From NCBI GenBank assembly GCA_965207885.1, contig OZ242311.1:2528001-2592000 (forward strand): a DNA stretch of 64,000 nt, given 5' to 3'. Under the pieces are notes generated by a model. The model saw only the letters and a program-made list of their open reading frames with translations, did no database searches and was not told the origin of the DNA. Shown piece by piece: positions 40,401 to 50,148 of the stretch. The position numbers and the translations under genes were made by a program. Position 1 is the stretch's first letter; every line of letters begins with the position of its first letter. This DNA is from Candidatus Latescibacterota bacterium. GTDB taxonomy: Bacteria; Latescibacterota; UBA2968.

Positions 40401-41000
40401 TTACTCCTCAGTTTCAGTGTCGCCAAGAGGATGAAGATCAATCGGTGTGAGAATTCCGTAAAATCCGTATTTGATACCTGAGCGATCTCCTTTTCCGGGC
40501 GGAAAGTATTCTTCTATAAGTGCCAATAATCGACGACCAAATTCTGATGCCTGTTCTTCAGATAGCCGCGCGCGGTTGTGATTGACGGATGTCTGGAATG
40601 TCGAACCGTACAAGCCCTCAGCAGCTTCGCGAAATGATTGATTGAACTGGCTGATAACATCGATTGGCATGGCCTCTGCAACCTGGTTGTTTGCGAGGAG
40701 GTCCTCTCGAACGCGAATCTTATCCGCTGCTGGCGAACAACGCCATTCATTGGGGTCAGTTTCACCTTCCTTTAAATGTACGACACCTGTTTCTGCCAGC
40801 TTTTTCAAGTGATACAGCACCCGGGCATCAGTAATTTCCAATGTCTGCGAGATTTCTGCAACCGACTTTCCGTCGCGAAGAGTTTCGAGGATGATCCAAC
40901 GCAGTGGATCGGCAAGTATGTTCGCGCGGTCATCCTCAATAACGATTACCGTCTCCTTTAAGGCATTGGTCGGGAATGTCAATTCGCGCCATGTACTCAT
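40401..41000 (-). CDS. ArsR-like winged-HTH protein
   Basis: LADPLRWIILETL...VLYHLKKL. Confidence 0.8.
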   Translation of the reverse strand: MSTWRELTFPTNALKETVIVIEDDRANILADPLRWIILETLRDGKSVAEISQTLEITDARVLYHLKKLAETGVVHLKEGETDPNEWRCSPAADKIRVREDLLANNQVAEAMPIDVISQFNQSFREAAEGLYGSTFQTSVNHNRARLSEEQASEFGRRLLALIEEYFPPGKGDRSGIKYGFYGILTPIDLHPLGDTETEE

Positions 41001-41066
41001 TCATACTCTCCAGTCGTATAATTGAAGGATCACTCTTTGAGGCGGGGAAGCACATCTTCTGTATTT

Positions 41067-42182
41067 TTAACCTTTCTTTCCTGCTAAATATAGTATTCGA
41101 TGGACAAAGTCGGTTTTGCCTTCTGTATAACCCTTACCAGATGGGTCTTTCTGTAATAACTCTTCTTTGAGTTTTGCATACTCATCTCTTGCTTCTTGAT
41201 TAGATCGCAAAAAGTCGCGGAAAAGGATCTGACGATCCCAAAATCCTCCACGGTCAGTATAGGCAATAGACAGATGGAACTTGACAGGCGTGCCCTTGGC
41301 AAAGAAGTGCCGTTCGGTACTGGACCGGGTGGAGTAGAAATCGTATCCTATTTGAGCAAGGGCTTTTATGAATCCATCGGCATCTTTGTGATTTTCAATC
41401 TTAACGGCAATATCAATTATCGGTTTCGATGGCAGTTTCTCAATGGATGTACTACCGATATGTTCAATCTCTATAGCTGCCGTACCGAATATATCCCAGA
41501 GCTTACGTTTTTCCACGTTAAATTCCCGCTTCCAGATTGGCTGATATTGAGACAATTGGATTGGAGTAGAACTATTCATTGTTTGACTCAGCTTTGATAT
41601 CCACTCGTGTCCAGGATAGCATAGCTCTAAACTTCGTCTTAGCCACGTAGCTTCCTCGTAGTTGAGGAGCGGCAGAGTATTTCTGAAGTCGGCGTTATTC
41701 CGATCAATCTGTAGATTGTTCGCCTTGTAGAGAAGCTGAATCTGCGGAGAGAGATAAGGTATTCCGGATCTGGTTATCCGTCCCAGGGAGGAAATTGGTC
41801 CAGTGATCTTCGGTTCACGACGGAAAACCCACGAATCTCCATCTGTTTCCATAAGCATTAGCTGGATCGCCCAGGGGGATTCCGGCGTACGGCGCCCCCA
41901 AATGTCATTAATGGGTGGATCCAGGAAATCGCCTTTGGACCATGTCGTAAACTCTGGCGAACTCCTGTCGCTTAGGTCCCAATTAGAAAGGTGTTCTTGG
42001 AATATGAGTTGATCGTCTCTAAGGATCAGGACATCCAGGTCCCCATGAGGGCGTGTCTGATGACCGATAAAAAGATCAATGGCCCACCCGCCAGAAATCC
42101 ACCACGGTGCGGATAGCCCAGAGAATAGTTCCTGTGCCTCCGTGGGGGAGAGCGGATCCCAAATATGGGCGGTTTCTTCCAA
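41067..42182 (-). CDS. Fusion of aminoglycoside-nucleotidyltransferase-like domain and GrpB domain
   Basis: N-half GGWAIDLF..RPHGDLDV; C-half IEHIGSTS, KPIIDI, FRDFLR and YTEGKT. Confidence 0.85.
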   Translation of the reverse strand: MEETAHIWDPLSPTEAQELFSGLSAPWWISGGWAIDLFIGHQTRPHGDLDVLILRDDQLIFQEHLSNWDLSDRSSPEFTTWSKGDFLDPPINDIWGRRTPESPWAIQLMLMETDGDSWVFRREPKITGPISSLGRITRSGIPYLSPQIQLLYKANNLQIDRNNADFRNTLPLLNYEEATWLRRSLELCYPGHEWISKLSQTMNSSTPIQLSQYQPIWKREFNVEKRKLWDIFGTAAIEIEHIGSTSIEKLPSKPIIDIAVKIENHKDADGFIKALAQIGYDFYSTRSSTERHFFAKGTPVKFHLSIAYTDRGGFWDRQILFRDFLRSNQEARDEYAKLKEELLQKDPSGKGYTEGKTDFVHRILYLAGKKG

Positions 42183-42261
42183 GTGGCTTCTCCTTGTATG
42201 CTACGCCAGAACTAAATTTTGCAGAAATCTTATCGCGCGTCTTCTGATTATTAAGGCTTGT

Positions 42262-43032
42262 TTAATTTTTGATCAGAATCACGTAGGTCCTGCGAGAGAC
42301 CTCTTGAAAGCCAAGTTTCGCTGCAACTCGCAAAGAAGCAAAATTATCCTCTCCTGTGCTCCAAACGGGAACGCGTCCTTCTTTCTGAAGCCGATTCGAT
42401 ACTATCGAGGCGGCGGCACTACACAGGCCCATTTTGCGCCAGGGTTCGAGAGTTCCAACGCCAATCTCACCGTGAAGATCAGTGACGCCGCTTGTGTGGG
42501 CTATGGACACCAATCGCCCCGCATCAATAGCGCCCGCCACAATTCCCTCTGAGAGCATTATTTCCATATCCTCGTAGCCACTACCCTGTATTTCGATAGG
42601 TGCGGAGGCAATTAAGTTTCGGTCCTGCGTGGTCAATTCGCGAACGTATTCACTGGTGAACAGTTGGACTGGTCTCGTCAACGAATGATAAACGTCGCCA
42701 TAGTAGCGCACTTTTATTCCGTTGGACTTCTCTATCATATCACCAAGCGGTTTGGCGCATTGTCGATTCACACCTATACAGTCCCAACCCTCCACCAACT
42801 GAAGCAATTCCCACAGTGCCCGCGCCTCGGTCCCAAATCCCCTGGGTTCTTCTGGATCGAAGTGGCCCTGGACGATAGCTGCGCTGAAGGAGGTGGGACT
42901 TCCTGCGACAAAGGCCTTGCACAGTTTCTTTCTGAGAAGGTGTACTGCCACTACAGTCTCGGGAGTATCACCCAGAGTATCCGCGAGTTCGGCAAAATCC
43001 CCTGAATCCAGTTGTGCGATGTCGTATGCCAT
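42262..43032 (-). CDS. GNAT family acetyltransferase
   Basis: EIGVGT..WRKMGL and NFASLRVAAKLGF motifs. Confidence 0.85.
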   Translation of the reverse strand: MAYDIAQLDSGDFAELADTLGDTPETVVAVHLLRKKLCKAFVAGSPTSFSAAIVQGHFDPEEPRGFGTEARALWELLQLVEGWDCIGVNRQCAKPLGDMIEKSNGIKVRYYGDVYHSLTRPVQLFTSEYVRELTTQDRNLIASAPIEIQGSGYEDMEIMLSEGIVAGAIDAGRLVSIAHTSGVTDLHGEIGVGTLEPWRKMGLCSAAASIVSNRLQKEGRVPVWSTGEDNFASLRVAAKLGFQEVSRRTYVILIKN

Positions 43033-43041
43033 TGAAATCAC

Positions 43042-43758
43042 TCAGGTCAGTTTTTCGACCAGATCATCGAAGTCAGATGCGCTTACATCAAAGGTCTCAA
43101 GGGGCATAGTAGGCTCATCCGTTGGAAACCTCCTCCACCAGTCGTTTTCCCTATGTACGTATGCGGTTTTCAGACCTGCGTTTTTGGCACCCTTGAGATC
43201 GTTCGCATGCGCCGCCACCATCATCACCTCATCTGGTGCGCAACCGAGGAGTTCAGCGGCCTGTTGATAAGCTCGCGTGTCTGTTTTATATCGCTCCAGA
43301 AATTCACACGATAATATACCGTCCCAACTGAGGTTGTTATACTTTGAGCAATCTACGGCAATTGCGTAACTCAATACGGTCAATATGATGACTGAATAAT
43401 GATCTCGCAATTTGTGTATTGCGCTAACAGCGTCTGGTCAGGTTTTCATTCTGTGCCACACCAGATTCAGGTCGTCCCTTTCCTTCGCGGAAAGATGAAT
43501 GGCGTTGAGGTTCTCGAGAATATTGTCAAGTACGAGCCGATGAATCGCATCGGCGTTCATCCTTGGCAACTCACCTGTTTTTACTCGCGCCAGCATCTCA
43601 AACATACCACTGCGCCAGTCCGTGGCGAACTGACGTGCGTCAAGCCTTACACCTTTTTCTGCTGACAATGCGCGGAGTTCTGCCTCAATCGTCCCTCTCC
43701 AATCAAAAACAGTACCTCCAACATCAAATGTAAGCGCTTTTACACCTGGATATTTCAT
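43042..43758 (-). pseudogene. Haloacid dehalogenase type II with in-frame TGA
   Basis: FDVGGTVFDW and MVAAHANDL motifs; the two ORFs are in one frame, split by TGA at 43438-43440 where W of the WPD motif is expected. Confidence 0.85.
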
Positions 43759-43768
43759 TGTTGGCTCC

Positions 43769-44320
43769 CTACTTGAACAGTTCGAGCAAAAGGGCGGTTA
43801 GTGAGAGCCCGTCCCTGAGTTTTCTTTCCCGGATCAGTTGACTGACTTCAGCACGAGTACACCATCTCACACTCCTCACTCCATTCCTATCAAACTCCCC
43901 TTGGGACCCTGTTGCCAAACATTTCGCAATGTGGAACACCTGGTTTGAAATACCATTGGAGGGATGAAAAGTGTAGATCACTTCCATATTACTCGTATCA
44001 TATCCTGTCTCTTCAATGACTTCGCGCCTGGCAGCTTCCAGTACAGATTCTCCTTTTTCAATTCCTCCTGCTGGAATCTCCCACTCGATAGTGCCGGTCG
44101 TGTATCGGTAAGATTCGATCATCAGGATTTGTCCATTATCATTTTCAACGAGTACAGCGACTGCCTCCTTCTTAAAATCTAAGAAATAATGGCGATCAAT
44201 TATCCTGCCTTGGGGAAATTCCACCTTGTCGGCATAGAGATTCATCCACGAACTCTCGTAGATTATCTCCCGGGATAACCGGCGTGGCTTCCGCGGTCCA
44301 TGGCTATCTGAAGTATTCAT
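43769..44320 (-). CDS. NUDIX hydrolase (ADP-ribose pyrophosphatase-like)
   Basis: WEIPAGGIEKGESVLEAARREVIEETGY. Confidence 0.9.
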   Translation of the reverse strand: MNTSDSHGPRKPRRLSREIIYESSWMNLYADKVEFPQGRIIDRHYFLDFKKEAVAVLVENDNGQILMIESYRYTTGTIEWEIPAGGIEKGESVLEAARREVIEETGYDTSNMEVIYTFHPSNGISNQVFHIAKCLATGSQGEFDRNGVRSVRWCTRAEVSQLIRERKLRDGLSLTALLLELFK

Positions 44321-44343
44321 AGTTTATCCTTTTAGCTATCATT

Positions 44344-45468
44344 CTATTTCCCATTATCTGTCTCGCTGACCGCAGGTAACACATGACCAATCGCGATCCG
44401 GAACGCTTGATTGGCCACAGACGAACCGTAGTTGCCACCTGTGAAGACGATGACCAGAGACAACTCTGGGATGGCGAAGATGAACTGACCGCCGTTTCCT
44501 TCGGCCGCAAGAACTTCAACTGATCGCCCGCGGTATGGAAAATGATCGAGCCACCAGCCGAAACCATATCGGTCGTTGCCGTAATGCCCCTTCGCCGACT
44601 CGCTGATCCAGGTTGCCGATACAATCTGTTTGTCCTGAAAACGTCCGTTATCTACATAGAGTTGGCCGATCTTGGCCATGTCGCGCGGCCTGAGTCGCAA
44701 GCCAGCATGCGTTTGGGGCAAGCCGCTTTTGGTGTACCACCATTCTGAATGATCTATTCCGAGCGGCGCAAAGAGATGGTTATCTGCGAATTTATCCGCA
44801 TGCATACCCGATGCCCGCTTGATTACGCCAGCGAGCAAGATGAAACAACCGCTGTTGTAGTTGAATCGTGAACCTGGTTCGTCCGACACCTCTCTGGAAA
44901 GCACATACTCTATAAAGTCGCTGGCGTTTTCCATCTGCGCTTCGGAATTGAGGGAACCCGGCTCAGAGTTATGTGCGCCAGATTGATCCCAGTTGAATCC
45001 GGCGGTCATCGTCAGTAGATGCTTCAGGGTAATTCGCCCTTTTTCCTTCGTTAGATAGCGGGCATACTCCGGAAAAAAACGAGCCATTGGTACATCTACG
45101 GAGTCGATATATCCACGATCGATGGCGATGCCGATTAGTGTAGAAGTGATGCTCTTGGAAACAGATCGTGTATCATGCAGGGTTTGCTCACCGAACTCGA
45201 CCACACCCCTCGCACCGTCAGTGCCGGTGTAATACGCTTCGAATACCAGCTTGCCATTTCTGACGATTAGAAAACTATGGATGTTCTTATATGCTTGGCT
45301 GCGTATCTGGTTTGCAACCTGAACAATCGGTTCTGGATCAATCCCCTCCAATTCAAGTGTTGATAAGGGCCAGTCATCGGGTAGGGTAGATTCGCTGGTT
45401 TCTTGTGCCATTGCGACGCTGGGAAGGCAAACGAACCATAGTAATAGGGCTAAAGCTGGCTTCAACAT
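44344..45468 (-). CDS. Serine hydrolase, beta-lactamase class C-like
   Basis: Signal peptide; SVSK, FNYNS and AEGNGGQ motifs. Confidence 0.9.
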   Translation of the reverse strand: MLKPALALLLWFVCLPSVAMAQETSESTLPDDWPLSTLELEGIDPEPIVQVANQIRSQAYKNIHSFLIVRNGKLVFEAYYTGTDGARGVVEFGEQTLHDTRSVSKSITSTLIGIAIDRGYIDSVDVPMARFFPEYARYLTKEKGRITLKHLLTMTAGFNWDQSGAHNSEPGSLNSEAQMENASDFIEYVLSREVSDEPGSRFNYNSGCFILLAGVIKRASGMHADKFADNHLFAPLGIDHSEWWYTKSGLPQTHAGLRLRPRDMAKIGQLYVDNGRFQDKQIVSATWISESAKGHYGNDRYGFGWWLDHFPYRGRSVEVLAAEGNGGQFIFAIPELSLVIVFTGGNYGSSVANQAFRIAIGHVLPAVSETDNGK

Positions 45469-45480
45469 GTGGAATCTCTA

Positions 45481-46119
45481 CTACGTATTTTCGACTCGAA
45501 AACCACTAACGAATTCGCGAATCACCCAAAGATGTTGATCTGGTTTATAAAGCGTTTGAATGTATCCTGTATCCCCAAAGGAAAATTCAATCCCCTGACC
45601 ACTGACCGATGGCTGTGCACCGACTATACAACGCAACGTGGCATTTAAAATACCTCCGTGTGCGACCACCAGATAGCGCCCTCTTCCTTGTCTGATCACT
45701 TTCTCCAGCGCCCGTGCGGCTCGACAGTGAAATGCCCAGGCACTCTCTCCCGCATCTGCACTTACAACATGGGGTTGAAAGGGATTGTGAAAATCAGGTA
45801 ATGGATATCTGGCTCTGGCGACCTGATGTGGCAAACCTGCAATCGGACCATTATCCTTTTCCATCCAGTCTTCATCAAATTCGACACCTACACCCAGGAT
45901 GTTATCTACTATTTGGGCTGTCTCGCAGGCACGCTTTAATGGACTCGCAATAATCCTGTCAAATGTGATCTCTCTCGACTTCAGTTCCTGTGCTCGGGCT
46001 TCAGCTTGTTCACGACCCACATCTGTAAGAGGTGCATCATATCGGCCCTCAATGACATTCTCGTCATCTGCTCGAGAGCGTCCGTGGCGCATGAACATAA
46101 TCTTGATATCACTATTCAT
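45481..46119 (-). CDS. Histidine phosphatase (PGM family), intact copy
   Basis: RHG, SPLKRA and VAHGG motifs. Confidence 0.9.
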   Translation of the reverse strand: MNSDIKIMFMRHGRSRADDENVIEGRYDAPLTDVGREQAEARAQELKSREITFDRIIASPLKRACETAQIVDNILGVGVEFDEDWMEKDNGPIAGLPHQVARARYPLPDFHNPFQPHVVSADAGESAWAFHCRAARALEKVIRQGRGRYLVVAHGGILNATLRCIVGAQPSVSGQGIEFSFGDTGYIQTLYKPDQHLWVIREFVSGFRVENT

Positions 46120-46150
46120 AAAATAACTCCATCATCAATCAGGAGAGAGA

Positions 46151-46214
46151 GAAACTCCATCTTGTCGGCATAAAGATTCATCCACGAGCTCTCGTAGATT
46201 ATCTCCCGAGGTAA
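46151..46214 (-). pseudogene. Fragment of a NUDIX allele matching 44215-44278
   Basis: 58/64 nt identical; LPREIIYESSWMNLYADKMEF. Confidence 0.9.
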
Positions 46215-46218
46215 TAAG

Positions 46219-47145
46219 TCAGTGTTTCCTATGGCCCACGAGTTGAGTAAGTTTTTCCCTATTTGCTTCAAAATTCTTTTTATTATGATTCACGTATGTT
46301 GCACCAAATAAGAAACACACTTCAAACCATAGAAGCTCCGCAACGTCCCTTCTAAATGCCTGACAAAAAATGGTCTTAAGTTCCGGTTTTTGGTGTAACC
46401 AACCTACGCATAGAATTTCACCGAGTGGATCATTTTTTAAACAAGCAAATTCCCAATCTATGGCAGCATATATAATACCATTTTTATGCAGAAAATTCTG
46501 TGGGTTCGGATCCCCGTGACAAAAGGTTAGAGGACGTGCATTTGGAAGCCGTTCACTCAGCCAGGAGAGCGAATATCTCACCAATGGATCATTTCTAAAT
46601 GTGCGCGAGTTCTCATCTAACCAGGCAAGGTTACTACACATTGTGCGGATAGGGAGAATAGATTCGAGGCTATCGGCTTCTTTGTAGTCGATAGTAGAAA
46701 TATATGCAATCAACTCTGCCAGTTGCGAAACCAATTGGTCGCTATAGGAAGGATGGAATGTCCACCTTAGATGCTTGCCAGGCAGACATTCCATCAGAAA
46801 ACTGGGGACACCAAAAGTTTCTCCATGATCATATCCCCAAACTTGGGGGGTGCGAAGCCTTAGATTTAGTTTATGTAGTTCCTGTAAAATCAAATATTCG
46901 CGGTGAAGATTATACAGATCATAGCTTTTTCGCCATTGGGGGATATATTCGGGTTCGCATCTTAGGACGAAATCAACATTTCCATCATCCGTTTTTGCAT
47001 AAATATAGTAATTGCGATTCTCTGTGCCCCCTGTCGTAGGTTGGGGCGGTCTTCTGAGCTCGATGATTTCTTTACCAACAGCAATAGACAAATATTCAAT
47101 GAGGTTTAACCTGTTTTCCTCAAATGTTGGATTCAGAAACTTCAT
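46219..47145 (-). CDS. APH/choline-kinase-like phosphotransferase
   Basis: CHGDPNPQNFL and IDWE motifs. Confidence 0.88.
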   Translation of the reverse strand: MKFLNPTFEENRLNLIEYLSIAVGKEIIELRRPPQPTTGGTENRNYYIYAKTDDGNVDFVLRCEPEYIPQWRKSYDLYNLHREYLILQELHKLNLRLRTPQVWGYDHGETFGVPSFLMECLPGKHLRWTFHPSYSDQLVSQLAELIAYISTIDYKEADSLESILPIRTMCSNLAWLDENSRTFRNDPLVRYSLSWLSERLPNARPLTFCHGDPNPQNFLHKNGIIYAAIDWEFACLKNDPLGEILCVGWLHQKPELKTIFCQAFRRDVAELLWFEVCFLFGATYVNHNKKNFEANREKLTQLVGHRKH

Positions 47146-48437
47146 TCGTCTCGAAGGGCATCCGTTACTTGCCCCTCCCTCTCAGCTCGAAAGCTTATAG
47201 ATTTACCATCTTTAATGGTGAAAGTCACCTTGTAATACGGATCGGTAGAAAAAACAAAGGTGTGATTTCCCATGGCTCGAAGTGGACGACCACTTACTCT
47301 GAGTGTACCTTCTGCAACTGATACTGGGAATGGCACGGGTGCCATAGTTGATCCCCACTTGTAAGTTCCCGTATAGATTTCGAGGTTATCTTCTGACACA
47401 TGGATTTCATCAATTACGATTTCAGGAATCCCCAACATCAGGCGTGAAACTTGACTCTCAAGTTGTGCACGAGGAGCAGAGTTGAGATTGCACAATACAG
47501 TGACAGTAAGACCATCATCGGGATAAGCAGATAATTGAGCACGAAATCCGTTTATGTCTCCGCCATGCTCAATTTTGCGATGTCCATTGAGATTGCTGAT
47601 GAAAAAACCATATCCGTATGTAGTTTGTTTTCCATTCCTTAAAAGACCTGGCTCAATCATCTCATTATAGCTTTGTCGTGATATGAGTTTATTCTCGTTT
47701 AGTGCAGTCTGCCATTTCAGCAGGTCTAATATACTGGAACCCAATGAACCTCCAGAGAATGGGTTATCCATGCCGAGGGGGCGCGCCAGAACAAATTCAT
47801 TATCCTTATGGTCATAACCCGTTGCGAGATTCTTGATAGGTTTGGTTTTCCCCAAATAGTAGGTGTCAAACATTTCCAAAGGTTGCCATACGTTCGCTTT
47901 GAGAAAGTCAGCATAGCTCATACCAGACACATTTTCGATTATCAAGCCCAGGAGGTAATACCCTGAGTTATTGTACTGAAAATTTTCACAGGGTGAAAAT
48001 TCAACGGGTTCTGACGAGAACAGATCAACGATCTCCTTTCGCGAAAGATCGCGTTCAGATATTTCCCAAAATTTCTCGATATCTGTATAGCTTTTGATGC
48101 CCGATGTATGGTTGAGAAGCTGATCAATTGTGACTTTATGATCTCTTTGGGGATAATTGGGCAGATAGTCCAGCATAATATCATTCAAATCCACCTTGCC
48201 CTGTTCAACAAGAATCATGATAGCGAGAGCTGTAAACTGTTTCGTTATTGAGCCAATCCGGTAAACAGTATGTTCAGTAGCTTCTACTTTTTTGTTCAAA
48301 TCTGCGTAGCCATATCCACGCGCAAGAATGATCTCATTATGGCGCATAACACCCACCGATGCCCCCACCAATTGGGTCTCATTTATCGCATTTTCTACAA
48401 TTGCATCAATCTGTTCTTGAATGGTTGCGTCTGGCAT
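47142..48437 (-). CDS. Serine hydrolase, beta-lactamase class C-like
   Basis: SITK, YNN and HGG motifs. Confidence 0.9.
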   Translation of the reverse strand: MPDATIQEQIDAIVENAINETQLVGASVGVMRHNEIILARGYGYADLNKKVEATEHTVYRIGSITKQFTALAIMILVEQGKVDLNDIMLDYLPNYPQRDHKVTIDQLLNHTSGIKSYTDIEKFWEISERDLSRKEIVDLFSSEPVEFSPCENFQYNNSGYYLLGLIIENVSGMSYADFLKANVWQPLEMFDTYYLGKTKPIKNLATGYDHKDNEFVLARPLGMDNPFSGGSLGSSILDLLKWQTALNENKLISRQSYNEMIEPGLLRNGKQTTYGYGFFISNLNGHRKIEHGGDINGFRAQLSAYPDDGLTVTVLCNLNSAPRAQLESQVSRLMLGIPEIVIDEIHVSEDNLEIYTGTYKWGSTMAPVPFPVSVAEGTLRVSGRPLRAMGNHTFVFSTDPYYKVTFTIKDGKSISFRAEREGQVTDALRDE

Positions 48438-48552
48438 GAATTCACCATATATGTTCAACGATATTTTTTCGGGTAGTGGGTTCGGAAGGACGCGTGAAGC
48501 CGTTGGTATAAGCCGTGCCGTATTTTTCCCAGCGGCCTTAGATCATCAATAT

Positions 48553-49353
48553 TTAGACCTTCATAAAATCGCTGAAATTGATCTGCTTGGGTCTGCAATA
48601 GGTGAAATCAAAAAGTCGTTCAAACCCGATTTTTCGGTAAATTGGCTCGCCCATTGATGACGCTTGAAGAGTTGAAATTTGAAAACCCCTCTCTAATGCA
48701 TCTAGCAATGGTGCGATCGTTAAAGCAGTTCCAATTCCTTGATTCCTGAATTCTGGCAAAACCATAACATTGTAGAGTCCAGCTACACCGGAAGAATAAA
48801 ACATCATAGACCTGCCAACGACTTTTCCACCCAATGATCCTGAATAGAGTCGCAAATTCGGTTCTGATAATAGCCTCTCATAGAGGCTGAACTCAAAACC
48901 ACTTCCCACTTGACACCATTGAGTGAGTTTTTCGATAGCATCGACAACCTCGATAGCTACGTCTTCAGATTTATGAGAATCGAATTTGCATTCGCTCAGA
49001 TCAGCAGCCATTGCAGGGCGCGAGAGAAACGGTTCAAAGTCTTTTTCTATCAGCCTTTCCTCCAGATTATCGGGTTTACTACTCACACTGAGTTTTATGA
49101 CAGGCGGGGCGACAAAATCCCTTATTGCGTCCATGATCGCGTCAAGTCTTTCATCTACCTGTTGTGGGGCAAAGCAGGGAGAAAAAATAAAATTTGGCCA
49201 CGAAGGTTTAGCTATAACCCAACTGACATCATCCTCTTCCACAAGAGTACGTCTACCTTTCTGTGCAAGAAATTTGTAGATATCGTATAGATTGTTTTCA
49301 TTCGCTGAAATCAAGTCATCAAGTGATGTTGACTTCATGATTGACCCTAACAT
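48553..49353 (-). CDS. GNAT family acetyltransferase
   Basis: PEFRNQGIG and LQAS..YRKIGF motifs. Confidence 0.85.
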   Translation of the reverse strand: MLGSIMKSTSLDDLISANENNLYDIYKFLAQKGRRTLVEEDDVSWVIAKPSWPNFIFSPCFAPQQVDERLDAIMDAIRDFVAPPVIKLSVSSKPDNLEERLIEKDFEPFLSRPAMAADLSECKFDSHKSEDVAIEVVDAIEKLTQWCQVGSGFEFSLYERLLSEPNLRLYSGSLGGKVVGRSMMFYSSGVAGLYNVMVLPEFRNQGIGTALTIAPLLDALERGFQISTLQASSMGEPIYRKIGFERLFDFTYCRPKQINFSDFMKV

Positions 49354-49376
49354 AGAGTCTCCTGATTTATTGAACT

Positions 49377-50018
49377 TTAAAAAAAGCGAAGGCGTTCTTC
49401 CACTGATAAATCTTTGGTCTGCAAATAATGCACTTGCCGAATGAAGTGTATTTCCTGCATCATTTCATCATTCGGAAATTCCTTCTGAACGTCCTTCCAA
49501 TGACTGGTGGCTGTGCACCGACTATACAACGCAACGTGGCCATTTAAAATACCTCCGTGTGCGACCACCAGGTAGCGCCCTTTTCCCAGTCGGATCACTT
49601 TCTCCAACGCCCGTGCGGCTCGACAGTGAAATGCCCAGGCACTCTCTCCCGCATCTGCACTTACAACATGGGGTTGAAAGGGATTATGAAAAGCAGGTAA
49701 TGGATACCTGGCTCTGGCGACCTGATGCGGCAAACCTGCAATCGGACCATTATCCTTTTCCATCCAGTCTTCATCGAACTCGACACCTACACCCAGGATG
49801 TTATCTACTATTTGGGCTGTCTCGCAGGCACGCTTTAATGGACTCGCAATAATTCTGTCAAATTTGATCTTTCTTGCCTTCAGCTCCTGTGCTCGGGCTT
49901 CAGCTTGTTCACGACCCACGTCTGTAAGAGGTGCATCATATCGGCCCTCAATGACATTCTCGTCATCTGCTCGAGAGCGTCCGTGGCGCATGAACATAAT
50001 CTTGATATCATCATTCAT
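49377..50018 (-). pseudogene. Second PGM-family copy, frameshifted and fused to a foreign 3' fragment
   Basis: 1-bp insertion near 49540; homology ends at ~49501, then WKDVQKEFPNDEMMQEIHFIRQ... Confidence 0.85.
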
Positions 50019-50148
50019 AAAATAACTCCATCATCAATCTTCACATACTCTTACAAGGATCTCCGTTGAGTCCGAGGTGTTCGTAGAACTCTTTGCCCGG
50101 CTGGTCAAGAGGCTTCCCATACACCGGCTCAAAGACACTAAGGTCCAT

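Larger units (their letters stand above)
45603..50039. repeat. ~540-bp direct repeat pair (45603-46140 and 49501-50039)
   Basis: About 24 differences by manual count including a 1-bp indel; covers the PGM gene plus 21 nt upstream. Confidence 0.92.

Noticed and set aside
43438-43440. Selenocysteine or genetic-code reassignment of TGA
   Set aside because: The position corresponds to Trp, and TGA ends many other genes here normally.
45481-50039. DGR template/variable repeat pair
   Set aside because: Differences are not adenine-specific and no reverse transcriptase is present.
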